A stretch of 63,706 nt of DNA, counting the filler, from Welwitschia mirabilis (lineage: Eukaryota): NCBI GenBank assembly GCA_051453625.1. It is 5 parts of one record of this genome, joined end to end, with 100 filler letters (N's around TTAATTAATTAA, not from the genome) between each part and the next. Parts side by side here need not be neighbours in the genome. Positions count along the whole stretch, not along the records: positions 1 to 15,405 come from JBOZIK010000001.1; 4 more parts are not named here. One strand, written 5' to 3'. Position 1 is the first letter of the stretch. Every line of letters begins with the position of its first letter. This document shows, piece after piece, positions 1 to 13,959 of the stretch. Both the position numbers and the translations under genes were made by a program. The notes below the pieces were generated by a model. It worked only from the letters and a program-made list of their open reading frames with translations. It searched no databases and was not told the origin of the DNA.

Positions 1-1480
1 CCACAATTGGGGTTTTAAGTAATTCAATATTTTTCAAATATTTCATTAAACATAAACCTGCAAATTTATAAGAAAAGCAAAAATGTGTATGTGATAATGA
101 TAGTATTAATGCTCTTATTTCCTTTAACAATATTTCCTTTTATAACCTCTTCTACTACTTAATCTTGTAATCATGAAATATTATTCTACTTTACCTCTCC
201 TTCATGACTTATGTAACTTTTCAATGATGTTAAACTTAATGATTTATAATATGCATCAATTCACTTATGTTTTTTCATAGATGTATTTCACATGTTGTAC
301 TCTAAATTCTAAATGATACATATGTTTTGAGTATCTTTTTATTAGTTGGTTCACAAATTATTATTCACTTACTTTGTCAGGGACTAACAAATGCTAAGTG
401 AGGGGCTATATTGTAATGCCAACTTAACCTATGTAATATAGTTGTGGAGTACATTTTTGGGTCTTATTAATAGGTTTTTCTAAGGATTTATGCAAATTAT
501 ACAAGGCTTTCATATAGGTCAAAGGATGTAATAATTTTCCAAATAAGAAGCCATTTTTGAATGATGAAGAACCAAAGCCATGTGATAAATATATATTAAT
601 TATCCTTCATGTTATGAGGATGACATAGGAGATAACAGTAAAAAAAAGTATGGTCATCTTCTATATCATGGAAATGACGATTGGAATGACAGTCATCATT
701 TTCAACATGTGCTAAGCATTAGTTGGCAGATGGAGTATCGTCCTCTATGTCATAGGGATGATTTCAGGAGTGATGGTCAAAATAATTTATAAAGTTAATT
801 AAATTATTATGAAAGGATGGATCTAACTTTTAGCTCTTCATTTCACATTCTTTAGCCACCTATCCCAACCTATAAATAGACCCTTTTAGACCCTATTCAA
901 AATCATCTTTTACATCTACATTCTTATGAAAATTAAAGATTGTTGAAGGCAAGGATATCCATCTTACTTATGAGAAGGACCACCTTGGGTTTAGGTAGTG
1001 AATCTTTCATTAAGAAGTTATCATCATAAGTGGATGTACTTCAATTTCATTAATAAAAGCATTGATTGAATTGAAATATTTTCAAATGTTTTATTGTTTA
1101 TTCTTATAGCTTATCTTAATTGCAATTTAAGTAACATGAGTTTATAATTAAAATAGATTATAAAGACTAATATAAGTGTTAGTAGATTAGAAGTTTAATT
1201 AATTTATTGCATTAGAATTACATTCATTACATTGCATTTCATTCCATTGCATTGCATTCCATCTTCATCTTGCACTGTTTAATTTTATTTCCTTTAAAGT
1301 AAAATTCCAAAAATATATCATTCTTGTCTTTATGAAATTAATGTTTTGAATTCTCTTTAGAAGTCTTCTTTAAGTGTATGACATTTGGGTTAATCCCACT
1401 ATACAAATGTGTATTGTGTGCAATTAGAATATTAGCTTTATAGATTTTGCAAGCTAAATTTGATNNNNNNNNNNAAAACA
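1..1480 (+). mobile_element. 3' end of an Athila-like Ty3/gypsy element: internal tail, PPT (~396-408) and 3' LTR (409-~1480)
   Basis: TTTGTCAGGGACTAACAAATGCTAAGTGAGGGGCTA|TATTGTAATGCC matches the pre-PPT/PPT/LTR-start seen at 35150-35190, 37180-37225 and (minus) 57560-57610. The LTR body is similar to 25537-26775, with TATA-like CCTATAAATAG at ~869. The right end falls in or next to a 10-N gap. Confidence 0.8.
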
Positions 1481-2271
1481 ACTACTCTATGTAAAATAGT
1501 ATTCCTCTTTATAAAATATGTGTCTACACCACTACCTTTATAACTAGAAATGGATAAGAGTGATAGTTAAAATACTAATAAAAGTACATAAGCTTTGTTA
1601 CTTGGAAAATCTTCATGAATTATTTTAAAAGGAGATTTATTCCTAATGATTTTATTAGAGATCAAATGGTTGAGTTCTAATGTTTTCATCTAGAAAAGCA
1701 TTCACTCAATGATCATTGGTTTTAATTCTAATGTATTATAAAATACAAGAAGAATTTTCCAATATATAGTTAATAAGTAGTTTCATAAGGATACTATCAT
1801 CTAAGAGAAAAATCATCCTACACACAATGGATACTAAATAAATAGAAGAAAAATAAATAAATATAAAGCATTACCTTGAAGTAGAAGAATATAGATGATA
1901 ATAGCCCAACCTCTATAGCATCTAAAGCCATCTCCTCAAGAACACATGTGATTAGAGACAACCTAGAAAGTTATAGCATGTTGCATTATGAATGTAAAGG
2001 GAAAAGGTGTAAAGTTAATAATTATCCCATCAGAAATAAATTACAATAACCTCAATAAAGTAACAAATACTAAGGATAAGATTAATCTTAGTTAGCTATG
2101 AAAAATATTAGTTGGTTTAATTATAAACCAACTTTATATGATCTAATTATAAGGTTATATTTTAAAATTTAATGTAATTTTTCTAATAGATAGTGAAGCT
2201 CTACATAATTTTATCTTTTATATCCTATTTTATAGAATGAAATTTAAACTCTTTAAAGAAGTCTAATTTTC

Positions 2272-2335
<64 letters not shown>

Positions 2336-3254
2336 GATAATCTCATAAATCAAGATGTCATAAGAACACTCATAATCTTTAAAATTTGTCACATATAATT
2401 TATGGAGAAGTTTACATCTTTCACATATGCAAGTATAATGTCATCTTAGGAATGACCTTTTTCATTCATCAAAATGTCAAAATAAATATTTGTTAAAGGG
2501 AATAAGTCATTTAAACTTTACTTGAAGAATAAATTTTTAAGAACAATGGAGAGAGTAAGAAAATCTTATTGATGACCCATAAGTAAATTAGTAAAACCTT
2601 TAAGAAAAAGTAATAATTTATAATTCTACTTAAACCTTTTAATTATGAGTCATCACTTACAATTCCTAGGGCTTTTAAGGAGGTATTTGAAGAAACTACA
2701 ATCCTACCTTCAAAGATAAAGTTAATTATGTCATTAATCTAATTCATGCAGTACAACTTGTGGAAGGAGTCCCATGCATATTTTTAGTAGTAAAAGATAA
2801 ATAATTAAAATTCAACTAAAGTGATTAATGTAAGAATGAAAAATAAGTCTATTTTCTTTTCCATTAGATACTCAAGTCTTACTTGTAAAGAAAAATGATA
2901 ACACTCTAAAGCTATGTATCAACTATTCACAATTGAAAATGATGATGATGAAGAACATGTATCTCATACCAAGGATAGATTACTTATTAGATTTATTATA
3001 AGAAGTATAATTGTTAATTAAAATTAGTATAAATATATGATATTATTAAATTTTAATTAAAGAGAATGATATCTAAAAATACCCTTCAAAACTATGAATC
3101 CATAATAATGTCTTTTAGCCTAATGAATGAACTTTCAAATTTTGTAAGTTTGATAAAAGATGTCTTTTGACCAACTCCAAAGCAAAACAAGATCATGCAA
3201 CTAATATAATAAAATCTTACTATTATTAAATAAAATCCAATTTAAGGATAATTT
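1481..3254 (+). pseudogene. Element E, 5' part: decayed chromovirus-type Ty3/gypsy gag-protease-RT
   Basis: Degenerate motifs: IDSEALHNF (IDSGA.HNF protease, ~2187-2213), LCINYSQL (LCIDYR.L), YLIPRIDLLLD, KIPFKT (KTAF.T). The RT continues at 47971 after copia D. Confidence 0.75.
2272..2334. repeat. (TAT)n microsatellite
   Basis: About 21 perfect TAT units within the decayed protease region of E. Confidence 0.97.
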
Positions 3255-3606
3255 TAAGAAATATGTAATGATCTACATAAGATCTAAGGACAACAATGAC
3301 AAGAAAGAATAAAAAAGGAAGAAAGAAAAAGAATACTTATTAAAGAAATGTTTTTTTATATTCTTAATCATTTAAATAAACCATGATTCTTACTTTTATA
3401 AATATGAACTAACTTTGTAACAACCATACAACAAATACAAATAATATAACATAACTCATACTATGAAACTACTAGTGCTAAGATAACTCTAATAAAAGTA
3501 ATTATCATGTGACTATAAAGGCATACCTAATTGAAAACATGTTAAGATTAAACTATAATTATTATTTTAATTGATATTAAACTAAAAGAAACTTTAATTT
3601 CTAATG
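3255..3606 (-). repeat. 3' LTR of copia D
   Basis: Aligns by eye with 47617-47965 (e.g. ttattaaa..aaatgttt, aaccatga, acataacataact). Adjacent CCTCCCTT is the PPT on the minus strand. Confidence 0.75.
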
Positions 3607-3619
3607 GTACCTCCCTTGA

Positions 3620-6600
3620 GATCCTCTCTAATAACTCTAACATGTGTAATAGATCTTTAAGTCTCTTTAGCTAGTAAGTTTTGGTAAACATTTCTATGAA
3701 TTAGTCCTCTATTTGAGTTAAGATTAACCCGATGGATCACTCAAAAAAAAATTTAGCATTTTATAAAAAATGTAATACATGGAAATGCCCATGTACCATG
3801 ATTAGTTAATTATGTATAGTCTTTAAGAAATATTTGCAACTAATCCACATTTGAGAAATTAGTCACCCTCTATTTATGATATCAAAATTATGTATTTCAA
3901 GAAGTATTTAAATGAAAATACGATCTCAAAAATTTTATGACAATTCTTTCACATTCATATCTTCTTTTTATTTACACATAAGAATTCTTTAAAACTTTTA
4001 TTTTATATTAGATCTAAAAGAAATAACTTGTTTCATAGTAAATCCTTTTGGTTTTACAAAAGCATGAGGATACAAGTAAGAAGGATAAGAAAGCTAAATG
4101 GATCTATAAATTCTTCTACAACATTACTCTTAGGGAATGCAAATTTTTTATAAAAGATTAAATGACTTACTACAAACACCAACACCATCAAAATGGAAAT
4201 GTAAGAATACAAAGCATCAAAAAAGTGGTCACTATGATGGCTAGTGGAGATGGTTGTATTATCAACAAAAACCACTTTTAGTTGAAGTATTTCTTCTTGA
4301 TAACGAAGAAAGATTAATATGCATTTAAACATTTAATCTAGTTGAGAAAAACATGTAATAGATAAATGAAATGTAGTAATAAGAAAATATTTTAACTTAA
4401 TTAGTAGAACTCTAACGCTAGTTAGATTGAAGTTACACTTCTATAAGAGAAATAACTCAACTTGGACAGCAAGTGAGAAGGGCATTATTAAGTCACATAG
4501 ATCTATAGAATATATTTAACATTGTAAAGATCAAATATAGTTCTTCATCATGTAGTAAAAAAGTTAAAATCCTAGAGCATGTTTTATCTTGATGTCCAAG
4601 CTCTTATCGTATGAAATACCCTCATACTTATAGCAAGTCCCTTCATCAGAGAAGAGAATAATATGATCTAAAATCTATTTTTACTACACATAGATTATCC
4701 TATAATTGATTATCTCTTGCTTAGTTTCTTATCCTTTCTTCTAAAATCCTTTTATCATATATAAATAAAAGTCTTATGTTGCTTCTTTTTCGTTTATAAC
4801 TTTGATTGTAAAGAGGCATTTTTAATTACCTTTATATTTTTGTAAAAGGAAGTAAATAATAAAATAATTAGTAAGGGATAAGAGGATATTTAAGCTTGGA
4901 AGGAATACATAAGTGGTATTATTTTTAAGGTTTCAAGATTTTAAGGCTTAATTCTAAGATTAAAAGGATGAAAATTCATCAACTTTAGCCTCACTTTGCT
5001 TAGTGGGATAATTTAAGAAGAGCAAAAATGAACACAATAGAAAAGATCATTGAAAAACATAATGGCAAAAATTTTCATTCTTGAAAAATCAAGGTGTAAC
5101 TAATCCTAACTTATAAGGGTCTTTAACAAATTGTAAATGATAGAATTACTAACTCCATAGATGCATCCAGAGTTTTAGAATAGGAGATGTTGGATCAAAA
5201 AGCACTTTCTTTAATTAGACTTATAGTTAAAAGTAACTATTTGCATAATGTTGATTTAATAAATTCTTCAAAAGTAAAATGGAGTGGTTGAATAATTTAT
5301 TTGGTATAAGTGATTATGAAGCTAAGTAGATTTTAGCTAATTATAGCTTTATAGTAATCTAGGTTTAAACTAATATAAAAACTTATTAGTATTTCATAGG
5401 AATAATTGAGGTTGGCTAATCAAAATCTACATAACCTTGCTAACTTGCAAGTTTATAAATTAAATAGAAAAGATAAAAGGGAAAAGAAGGAGTTGAGAAA
5501 TTAGTTTTAAAAATTCATCTGGAAAAGTGGAAAGCAAGCAAGCTCTAAGGAATCACTAATTCATCCTTTTATAAATCTTCACTTGACCATATGTTTCGCT
5601 ATTCTAAAACAAACTTCAGATCATAAAGGTTAATGGATTGAGTCATGGTGATATAATCTCATTTACCATTTAAGTGTTGATGAATTTAAAGGTTAGTAAT
5701 CCTTTACAACTTTACAATAAAAATGAAAAGTATAAAATTTAATATTCCTTAGATTCATGAAATCACAAAGATTAAAATTAATTAATTAATCAAATTTACT
5801 TAGTAATCAACGTAAAACTTAATACTACATTATTTATTAAGAATTCTTAATAGAAAATGAATTGAAACTAAAAATTAAAAGGTAACAACTCTTTATTATT
5901 GATTCAAAAAAATGTACATTACATCAAAGATGAAAGAAGAATAAAGAACTCCTCAAACTCCTTGAAAGTAAGCTCATTTCTCAAGGAATTACTTAGTAGG
6001 CCATTGCACCTTAACACTCCAAAGTTTTCATTCTTTAGCCAAATGAAGGATGATATAATGAAGGACTCAAGGCCCTTTTATATATAAGCATGAAGGTGAG
6101 GGATGATTACAAGCCTTTAGCTTATGGCTTTATGTGGATGCTTATAAAATAATGGCATTAGGTAGGGTGGCTAATCTTATTTTTTATTTGGTATAGATTC
6201 TTATGATGTGATCAATATTTGGCTTTTAGATGTTGCTACTTCTATAAACCATTGGTATCACCATGTGTCTCCATCATCATACTACTTAGTACTACCATGT
6301 TCCACTACTATGAATACTTATCATTACTACCATGTATTATTAAGAATGAAATTTAATTTTAATGTGGAATTTAATCAATCCTATAATTGCATTTGATTGA
6401 ATTATTTATGAAAAATTATGAACATAAGAATTCAAGTTATCTACTCAAAATTACTTGTGTCACTAGTAGTTTTAGATATGGCACTAATGTTTTAGATCAT
6501 GTGGTATTGAAATTTTATAATGTTCATCAAACTATGATAGTTCAGTTAAAACTTTCATAGAAAATGAATAAGTCCATAATTAAAAGAACAATAATAGAAT

Positions 6601-7650
6601 ACATGTTCTTATGATAAAATCAATTATTAATGTCTTCCATTTAGATAAATTAATCATTTAACTTGATTATAATGTTAATTTCTACATTTTAACACATCCT
6701 CTAATTAGCGTTTTGCTAGTTCCTTAGCAAAAGTTAATAGTGATATAGTTAATCATGGAAAAATTATCTAAGCCAAAGCACTTGAGTGTGAAAATGATAT
6801 AACTTTGAAAACTTTTATAACCAATTTTTTATAATTAAGGTATCAAAATGAAAATTTTGATATAATTAGATGTCATATCCCTAACCAAAACTTAACTTTA
6901 TCCTTAAAGTTTTTCAATGGAAGATATTTAAAACATTTGAGAGCATAGCCTTAGAAAGATTTTTGATAAGTCGTTTTATTGAAAATAATGTCAAGCAATG
7001 TAACTAAGGTACAAAAATGGAGAAACTAAATAATACAAAATAATCATTTTATTTATTCCTAAAAAATATAAGAAAAAATATTAAACCCTAAAAATTTTTA
7101 TTTTTGTAAGGTGGGGACAAGATGGGATAGAAGATTGAGATAGATAATGAAAATGTAATAATGGACTTAACCATTAATCAATGAATAAATGAGCAAACTT
7201 ACCTAAGTTAAAAATTATTTATTATATTTTTTTGTTTTTTAGTAGATCCCAATATGAACTAAGTGTAGTATTAATCAAGTAACTCATATGAATTTAATAA
7301 ATTATAATAAATCCTAAGTATGAAAGTTAAAAGATAATAGAACACTAAAGGCCTTTAAATCCCATCTTTTTCATTCCTTTATTTTTCTTTTTTATTAATG
7401 TATAGGTCATTATTTTAAACCTTTAAATCACATTAAGCATTTAGTTTGACATTTCTCTCCAATAAAATTAAGCATGTTAATGTATAAAGAAGTTAGTATT
7501 ACATTACCAGCGAGCATCTATAGCCCCCATGCATTTGAACATGTTATAAAGTAAATCATTAGAGTTGCATTACCAATAAGCATACATAGCCTCAATGGAG
7601 TTAACTAAAACTAATTAAGTAATTAATGATATGTGGAATTAAAGAAAATA
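3620..7650 (-). pseudogene. Copia pol remnant: protease region, GAG-pre-integrase, integrase, C-terminal RT piece, RNase H (interrupted at 5649-6753)
   Basis: Minus-strand degenerate motifs: LFVP..LFSIKRL (~6960-7020), VRDMTS (~6870-6890), YKFYIS (~5370-5390), IQHL (~5185-5195), LKYFL (~4385-4400), FSNVD* (YSDADW, ~3840-3860), EMFTK (ADMFTK, ~3680-3695). No YVDD core found. Confidence 0.6.
5649..6753 (-). mobile_element. Single Athila-type LTR (5649-6694) with attached PPT and ~55 bp internal tail
   Basis: TG...CA ends and a minus-strand TATA-like TATATATAAAAGGGCC (~6072-6088). TTTTGCTAAGGAACTAGCAAAACGCTAATTAGAGGATG (minus, 6695-6732) resembles the Athila pre-PPT hairpin plus decayed PPT. 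CATGG at 5644-5648 and 6754-6758. Confidence 0.6.
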
Positions 7651-7699
7651 TATAATATTTTTCTTTTGTTCATCTTCTCATTTTCATTTTTTAATACAC

Positions 7700-10345
7700 A
7701 TTAGAGGGGTCATTAGCTCATTAGCCTAGTCGAGATAAATTTTTCTTCTATTAAAAGCTTCTAACTTCATAAATATATGTGGGAATANNNNNNNNNNNNN
7801 NNNNNNNNNNNNNNNNNNNNNNNNNNNNNNNNNNNNNNNNNNNNNNNNNNNNNNNNNNNNNNNNNNNNNNNNNNNNNNNNNNNNNNNATGTGGGACTAGA
7901 TTCCATCTTTTTAACCAAGTTTTACCAAACTTTAAGACCCTCATCAAAAGTGATTTTATTAATCACACTCAAAATCAGTTAACTCTCCCTTAAAAACTTA
8001 TAAGTATACTCAATCATAACCATTTTGTAAGTGATAATAAGATAGTTTATTATTAAGTCTTTATTTAACTCCATTAACTTGGGTTTGTAAGTCTTAAGAA
8101 CTTATAGGTGAATGGTCAAGAAGGATGCTTTATTGGTTTATTAAGTTTACTATAAAATGAAAGGGATGAATGAATAATCTCAAGGGGATGAAATTTGGGA
8201 ATTCCTAAGTGAAAGGATTTAAGGTAATGATTGTAAAGATGGTAGTACTTGGAAGGTTTTATTTAAGAGATACCATTAAGCATGCATGTTTTTAAGTTTT
8301 TTATTTTTCCTAAAAGAAATATATCCTACAAAAAAAATCTACTCTAAAAGAACATTATAATATAAAAGTTAAAAATTCTCTAGGGTAATATATGCATGAA
8401 GACTTAAGAGTGTGGAAATGATTATCAGATGATTTAAAACTTTGTAGGGTGTTTTAAACTGGGATAGAATTCAGGTAAATTTTTATGCATATGTTTACAA
8501 ATTTAACAAGAACATTAGTATAAGTAAAAAGATTTATGCATTTAAAATTAGTAGTAGTTCATTCCTTAGCTTGTTTATGTTTACTTGACAACTCTTGCAA
8601 GATATCATTTTAGGATAAAGATAAAAATAAATTATAAATTATTTGAAAAGTTAAGTGTTCATCAATAGGCTTAAGGTTTTTAAAAGTTAATTTCAAATAT
8701 ATAGAAGTTTTATCTTTTTTACTAAGGCTTGGATCTTGCTTAATAAAAGGGAAAGATGAAAAGATTATCTTACGAAGTTGTTGGCAAAAAGATGGAGATG
8801 ACCCATGAAATGATACTTTGCTAATCTCTTCTTTCTCATTAAAACCACTATGAGATTTATCCTTAAGAAACAATGATTTTAAGTTAATGTTTTCTTTTTT
8901 AATATCACTTAATGGCTCATCCTTAATTATATAACTTTCTAAGATATAGCCTTTCTCATATGATTGTTCATCTTCTGAATTATCCTATAACATGTTTAAC
9001 CCTACTTAAAAGTATAAATTTCTCATAGATAATTGATCTTTTGCTAGTGCATCATTAAATTTAAGGTCATTGTGGATTTCCTCATTAGTTTCTTCCTCAT
9101 TACAAATAAATGTGACTTAAGAATCATTGATTTTATTATTCTTAATTCTTTTAAAATTTTCAAGGATTTTAGATTTATGGATCAAAGGAAGGTCTTCTTT
9201 TTATTGGATAAAGATTTCCATGATTTAAGCATTACTTTGGATAATATATTAGAGTATTTGAATTTGGATATGAAAACTTTACTTAAGATTACCTAGGAAG
9301 AGGAGTGTTATTTAAAAATTCTTTCATGATCATGGTTAATTTGGTTTTGGGCATGCATGAAAGTTTTTATTGACTCCTCAAGGGATGGATGAAGATGGTT
9401 GTTATGTAAAGGAAGATAGATGATAAGGATCAAATGTAAGAGGCTAAGGGTCATGAGGTGTAATTAAGGATATGGGATTAAACTCTTATTAGTTAAATGA
9501 ATATGAAAAGAAGGGTAAAGAATAAGGCTTATTACAATTATAGTGGATGAAGTTCCCTAAGGTTTTCTTAGATTGAATGTTATCTATTACCATTTTAGGT
9601 TAATCAAAATTGGCTATGTTATAGGAATTATTATAGTTCTCCTAGGAAAAATGGGATTCAAAAGGTGCTTTAAAATGGATTATATACCCAACTCATATTA
9701 AAAAATATTTTTAGAAAACAAATTATGTTATCATCTTGGGAATTTCATTTACCTTAGCTTATCTATGCATAAACTATTAAAAACCAACATTTACATGACA
9801 AAATCCCTTATGCTATAACCAAATGTTTTCTTTATTTATTATAATAAGTGCCTTTTTATGAAAATCATAATTTAGCAAGAATATTTTGTTACTCATTCTT
9901 GAAGGTAACATTACCAATACATTATCCTTAAATATCTTACACTCTAGCTCTAAGTAAATAGTTAATAATTTATTGCATTTTAATTTACTAATAAAAAATA
10001 ATATATAAATCTAAAGTTTAAGTACATCTTGAATAATTATCTCATCACCATTATATATTTTCATTATTAATAAACCAATTCCTTTAACATGCATAGATTT
10101 TCCATTGCTAATGTAAATCGAGGAGTCCTTATAGGGTTTTAACTAATAAAATAAAGTAACATTAGTATTTATCTAGTAAGAACAATCCAAATCAACAACC
10201 ATGTATAGGTCTTGGAATGATCATTCATAATAACAATAAAGTTCATTATGAATGCAGTCTTCGGCTAAGTAGAATTACTAGCAAAATTAGATGGTTTACA
10301 TATATTTCTTTTGATTTTTATTAGAGGGATAATTTTCAGCAACAT
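7700..10345 (-). pseudogene. Copia pol remnant: protease, GAG-pre-integrase, spacer, second pre-integrase-like segment and integrase core
   Basis: VVDLDCS (WxxDSGCS, ~10178-10200), ENIWL*HKGFCHVN (WLWHxRxGH, ~9790-9830), SLSKKD..LKLTF and SCKSCQ (~8585-8730), TQVNGV (TPQxNGV, ~8068-8086). Confidence 0.6.
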
Positions 10346-13300
10346 CATCATATCTCATATTTTGGAAACCTTAATTACCTAGATATTAAACATGATCTTT
10401 TAAATTTAATGATGAATTCCTATTATTTAAATACCATATCAAAATAAAATCATATTTTAAATAATTAACCTTTAGTTTCCTAATTCTCATAATTCACCAT
10501 AAAAATGAGAATAATTATGTTATGAAAATTTTTATAACAAAATCTATTTAAACATTAAAACTAGATAATCCCATTATGTAAGGAATTCAATACATGGTAA
10601 AACTAATAAATTAAAACTTTCAAGAGGACATAATAATATATTTTACATCTAGTTTATTCATTTAAATTTTTGGTAAATGTTATATCTATATTAATTATGA
10701 ATAGAAATTTTCTTCTTTGTGTTATGTGATTAATATATTTTATGCATAATGAAATAAATGAGTATGTGAATAAGTACATGCAGTCTTACTTAGAAGAACG
10801 AATAATAAATGCATAGATTTACTCTACCACGAGTTTTATTTTCTTGAGATGTGTAATGGCACTTGATTCATAGAAATTCATTATTTTGTTCATTAGAATT
10901 AAAGATTTTATCTCATTATTCTACATGTCAATTTTGAGATTTATGAATCTATTCTTTTGATGCATGTTCTGAATGTATTAAGAATACTTATGAAGTATTA
11001 AGAAGAAGCTAGCATGAGGAAATGATGCATTTAATAATCTTAGTAATTAAAGAAAGAAAATTATTTAGCCTAGTTATGTGCATGAGTCATAAATATAATT
11101 CTTCTTTTATACTTCAATGTCACTTATTACTCATCTCACTTGCTACTGATAAATCATGTGATGCTATAATCTTGAACTATGTGTCTTTTATTTATTTATA
11201 TATACAGACTTTTTCCTCTCTTGTAAAAAAAAATGAGATTCTTTTCATTTTCCATGAAAGTGCATTTCCTTCTTTTCATTCTCTTTATTCTCATTCTCTC
11301 CTTATAAATCTTAGAGTATAAAAGATTTAAGCTAAGGATTCTTAAGCTTGAATCTTCATCAATCTTCAACCATTAAGGATTTATGAATTTTTCCATGTAA
11401 TATTTTTACTTGTGTTGTTTATATGATATATTTTAAAGATTCTATTAGAGTGATGATATATTGAATTAGATTAATGTTTATAGTTATCGTAAAATTATGT
11501 TATAAAAATTGTTCCATCCCATTGGCTCTCACCAAGACATTGAGGAGAAATGAAGGGTCTCTTATGCTTGGTTATGGAGGTTACCAATGAATGATTATGG
11601 CTAAGTTACCAGTTTAAGAATTCCCTAGATACTAAGGTATCCATGTTTGTTTTGTATTCATGTACATAATGCTACATTTGTTTCATTAATTATTCATTAG
11701 ATCATATTATCAAGGGCAAATATATGATCCTCAAAAATCTCTTTTAGGTTAGTACTTCTTCATGGTAATCCTAAGGCTCATTGTAAATGATTTTATGTAT
11801 TGAACCTTTTTTAATTTTTACATTGATTTGTGTTAGTAATATTTACTCTAAATATATTGTAAGTTATTATTTTAGCTAGTGTATTCATTACTTTATTACT
11901 TTATGTTATTCCATAACTAGTTATAGAGACTTTACCCTTTTTTTTTTAAAGAAAAAGTTAAAATGATCAGAGGCATAGGTTAAAATGCTATATCTTATTA
12001 AATAGTAGGTATAAACTAGAGTTTTTTTAGGTAAGTCTAAGATTAAATTATGTTCGTAAAAATTTAATAATAATAATTTTTTTAATGAGTCATAATTTTT
12101 AAGAAAATTATGTATGAAAATAGGTAAGGAAGTAAATGCAAAATATAGTAAGAAATTAGTTTTTACTTTGTAACTAATAGAGATACTATCTAAAAAATTA
12201 AGCATTCTAGGTCATAAATAATTAAATAATCTTTTCAAATCATATTAAATTTTTTAAAAATTCAAAGTATTTTTAAATTTTAATCATTTTAGAATAGTGT
12301 GATAGGACTCTAATTTTGGAATATTTAATAGTTTTTAACCTTAAATCATGACCTTAAAAATAATATTTTTAGAATTCCAAAATAGCTTAAGATAGTTTCT
12401 AAAGATCTTATTACGATTCTAATTTATGGAAAACTACTTTAAGTTATTTTTTACTTCATTATTAATTAGTTATTAATTTTTGATTATAATGTCTACTTAG
12501 AGCTTCAAACCTTTATAATTAACGTCTTAAATTATTAAAAATTATTAAATAATATTATATACATAATTTGAGTATATAAGTTAATTTTTTATTAGTAACC
12601 TTAAGTTACATTATTTAGGAATAATATTTTATTAGGAGAAATACCTCCTTCATCTTACTTTGAATATGCATGCTTATAAGCGTTTTCACCTTTGTATTTT
12701 AAGTAAGATGAATAGCCACTGATTTATCACTTATTTTCTTGACTTATAATATAGCCAAATGAGTCTTGGATAAAGAATTATATCTTACTAATCATACTTG
12801 ACTTATGCTTCCTTTGTTTATCTTCATTGCACATAACTATGGAGATTGTCATATGAGCATGGAAGAATGTTTTTAAGACTATCATAGCTTTAGGTATGGA
12901 TTAGTTTCTTCAAATGCATTCGTAAGATGTGATTTCATACATTTTAGATATTCTTCTTATTATTAGGAAAAAATGAAATAATATTTCTTTTATTTATATG
13001 TTCATTACTATAATCCTAAATATAAATATGTCTAAATATGTTTATTTTTCTTTTGTATAATTATGGCTATAAAATGAACCCAATGATGATTAGAAATGTT
13101 ATAAATAAATACTATATTAAATATTTACGTTAATTAGAATTGTATGTGTGCATTTATCTCGTGTATTCATTAAATAGAAATAAATCTAGATAATCCCAAT
13201 AATAATCATCCCCTACTTAGATTTCATCACTAGGGTGGTTAGCATTGAATTTTTTTTTTTTAAATACCTTTCTAGAAGTGCATTTAATCATCACTTTTCT

Positions 13301-13944
13301 ATTCTACTTGTATATGAACTTACTCTAAATTAATATTTGAAGCCCTTAACATCAATGAATTATGTTACATGATTTAGATATATTTCAAGGAATTAGGGGT
13401 TATTTGTAAGTATGCACTCATATCATGTACTACCTATTAACTATATTGACGGCATATCAAAATAAAGTGTAATCTTATGAAGTTGAGCCCAACTAGGTTT
13501 ATGTAGTTTAAAACCTACTCATATCTAGAGAATGATTGGGTATCAAATTAGAATTCCATTAATGGGAGTTGCAATCTAATATTATATTGGTTAAGCATTA
13601 TCTTTAAACTTATACATATATGTTTTATAAAAACTTTACATCTCCTCAACTATATTAAACATATCTTTAAATGTAATGAAAAAGCAGGAAAAAAATGAAA
13701 GACATAAATTTACAACATCATTATTATTATAAACACAATAACCTAAAAATTAATTATAGGTAGATATACAATAATAATATGATTTATTTTTATAGAATAT
13801 AAAAATTCTAATAGAGGAATAAGTAAAACTTCATTCTAAGTTCCACTATGTCTATTAGTTAATAATATGAAATAAGGAATAAAGAAATAAGAAAAGAGAA
13901 AAAAATATTTTATTAATTAGGATAAGAAAATTTAGATTATCATA
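10346..13944 (+). repeat. 5' LTR of element C (~3.6 kb)
   Basis: Collinear homology with 42291-46766; the ORF-track entries 11022-11321 and 43050-43274 are the same LTR segment. Confidence 0.92.
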
Positions 13945-13947
13945 GAT

Positions 13948-13959
13948 TGGTATCAGATC
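13948..13959 (+). promoter_or_regulatory. Primer-binding site of C (tRNA-iMet)
   Basis: TGGTATCAGATC vs consensus TGGTATCAGAGC, 3 nt after the LTR end. Confidence 0.9.

Noticed and set aside
11022..11321. Paralogous small ORFs 11022-11321 and 43050-43274 as a duplicated gene
   Set aside because: They are the same segment of the two LTRs of C; starts and lengths are not conserved.
13948..13959. tRNA-complementary segments as tRNA genes
   Set aside because: They are 12-18 nt primer-binding sites next to LTRs, with no cloverleaf.
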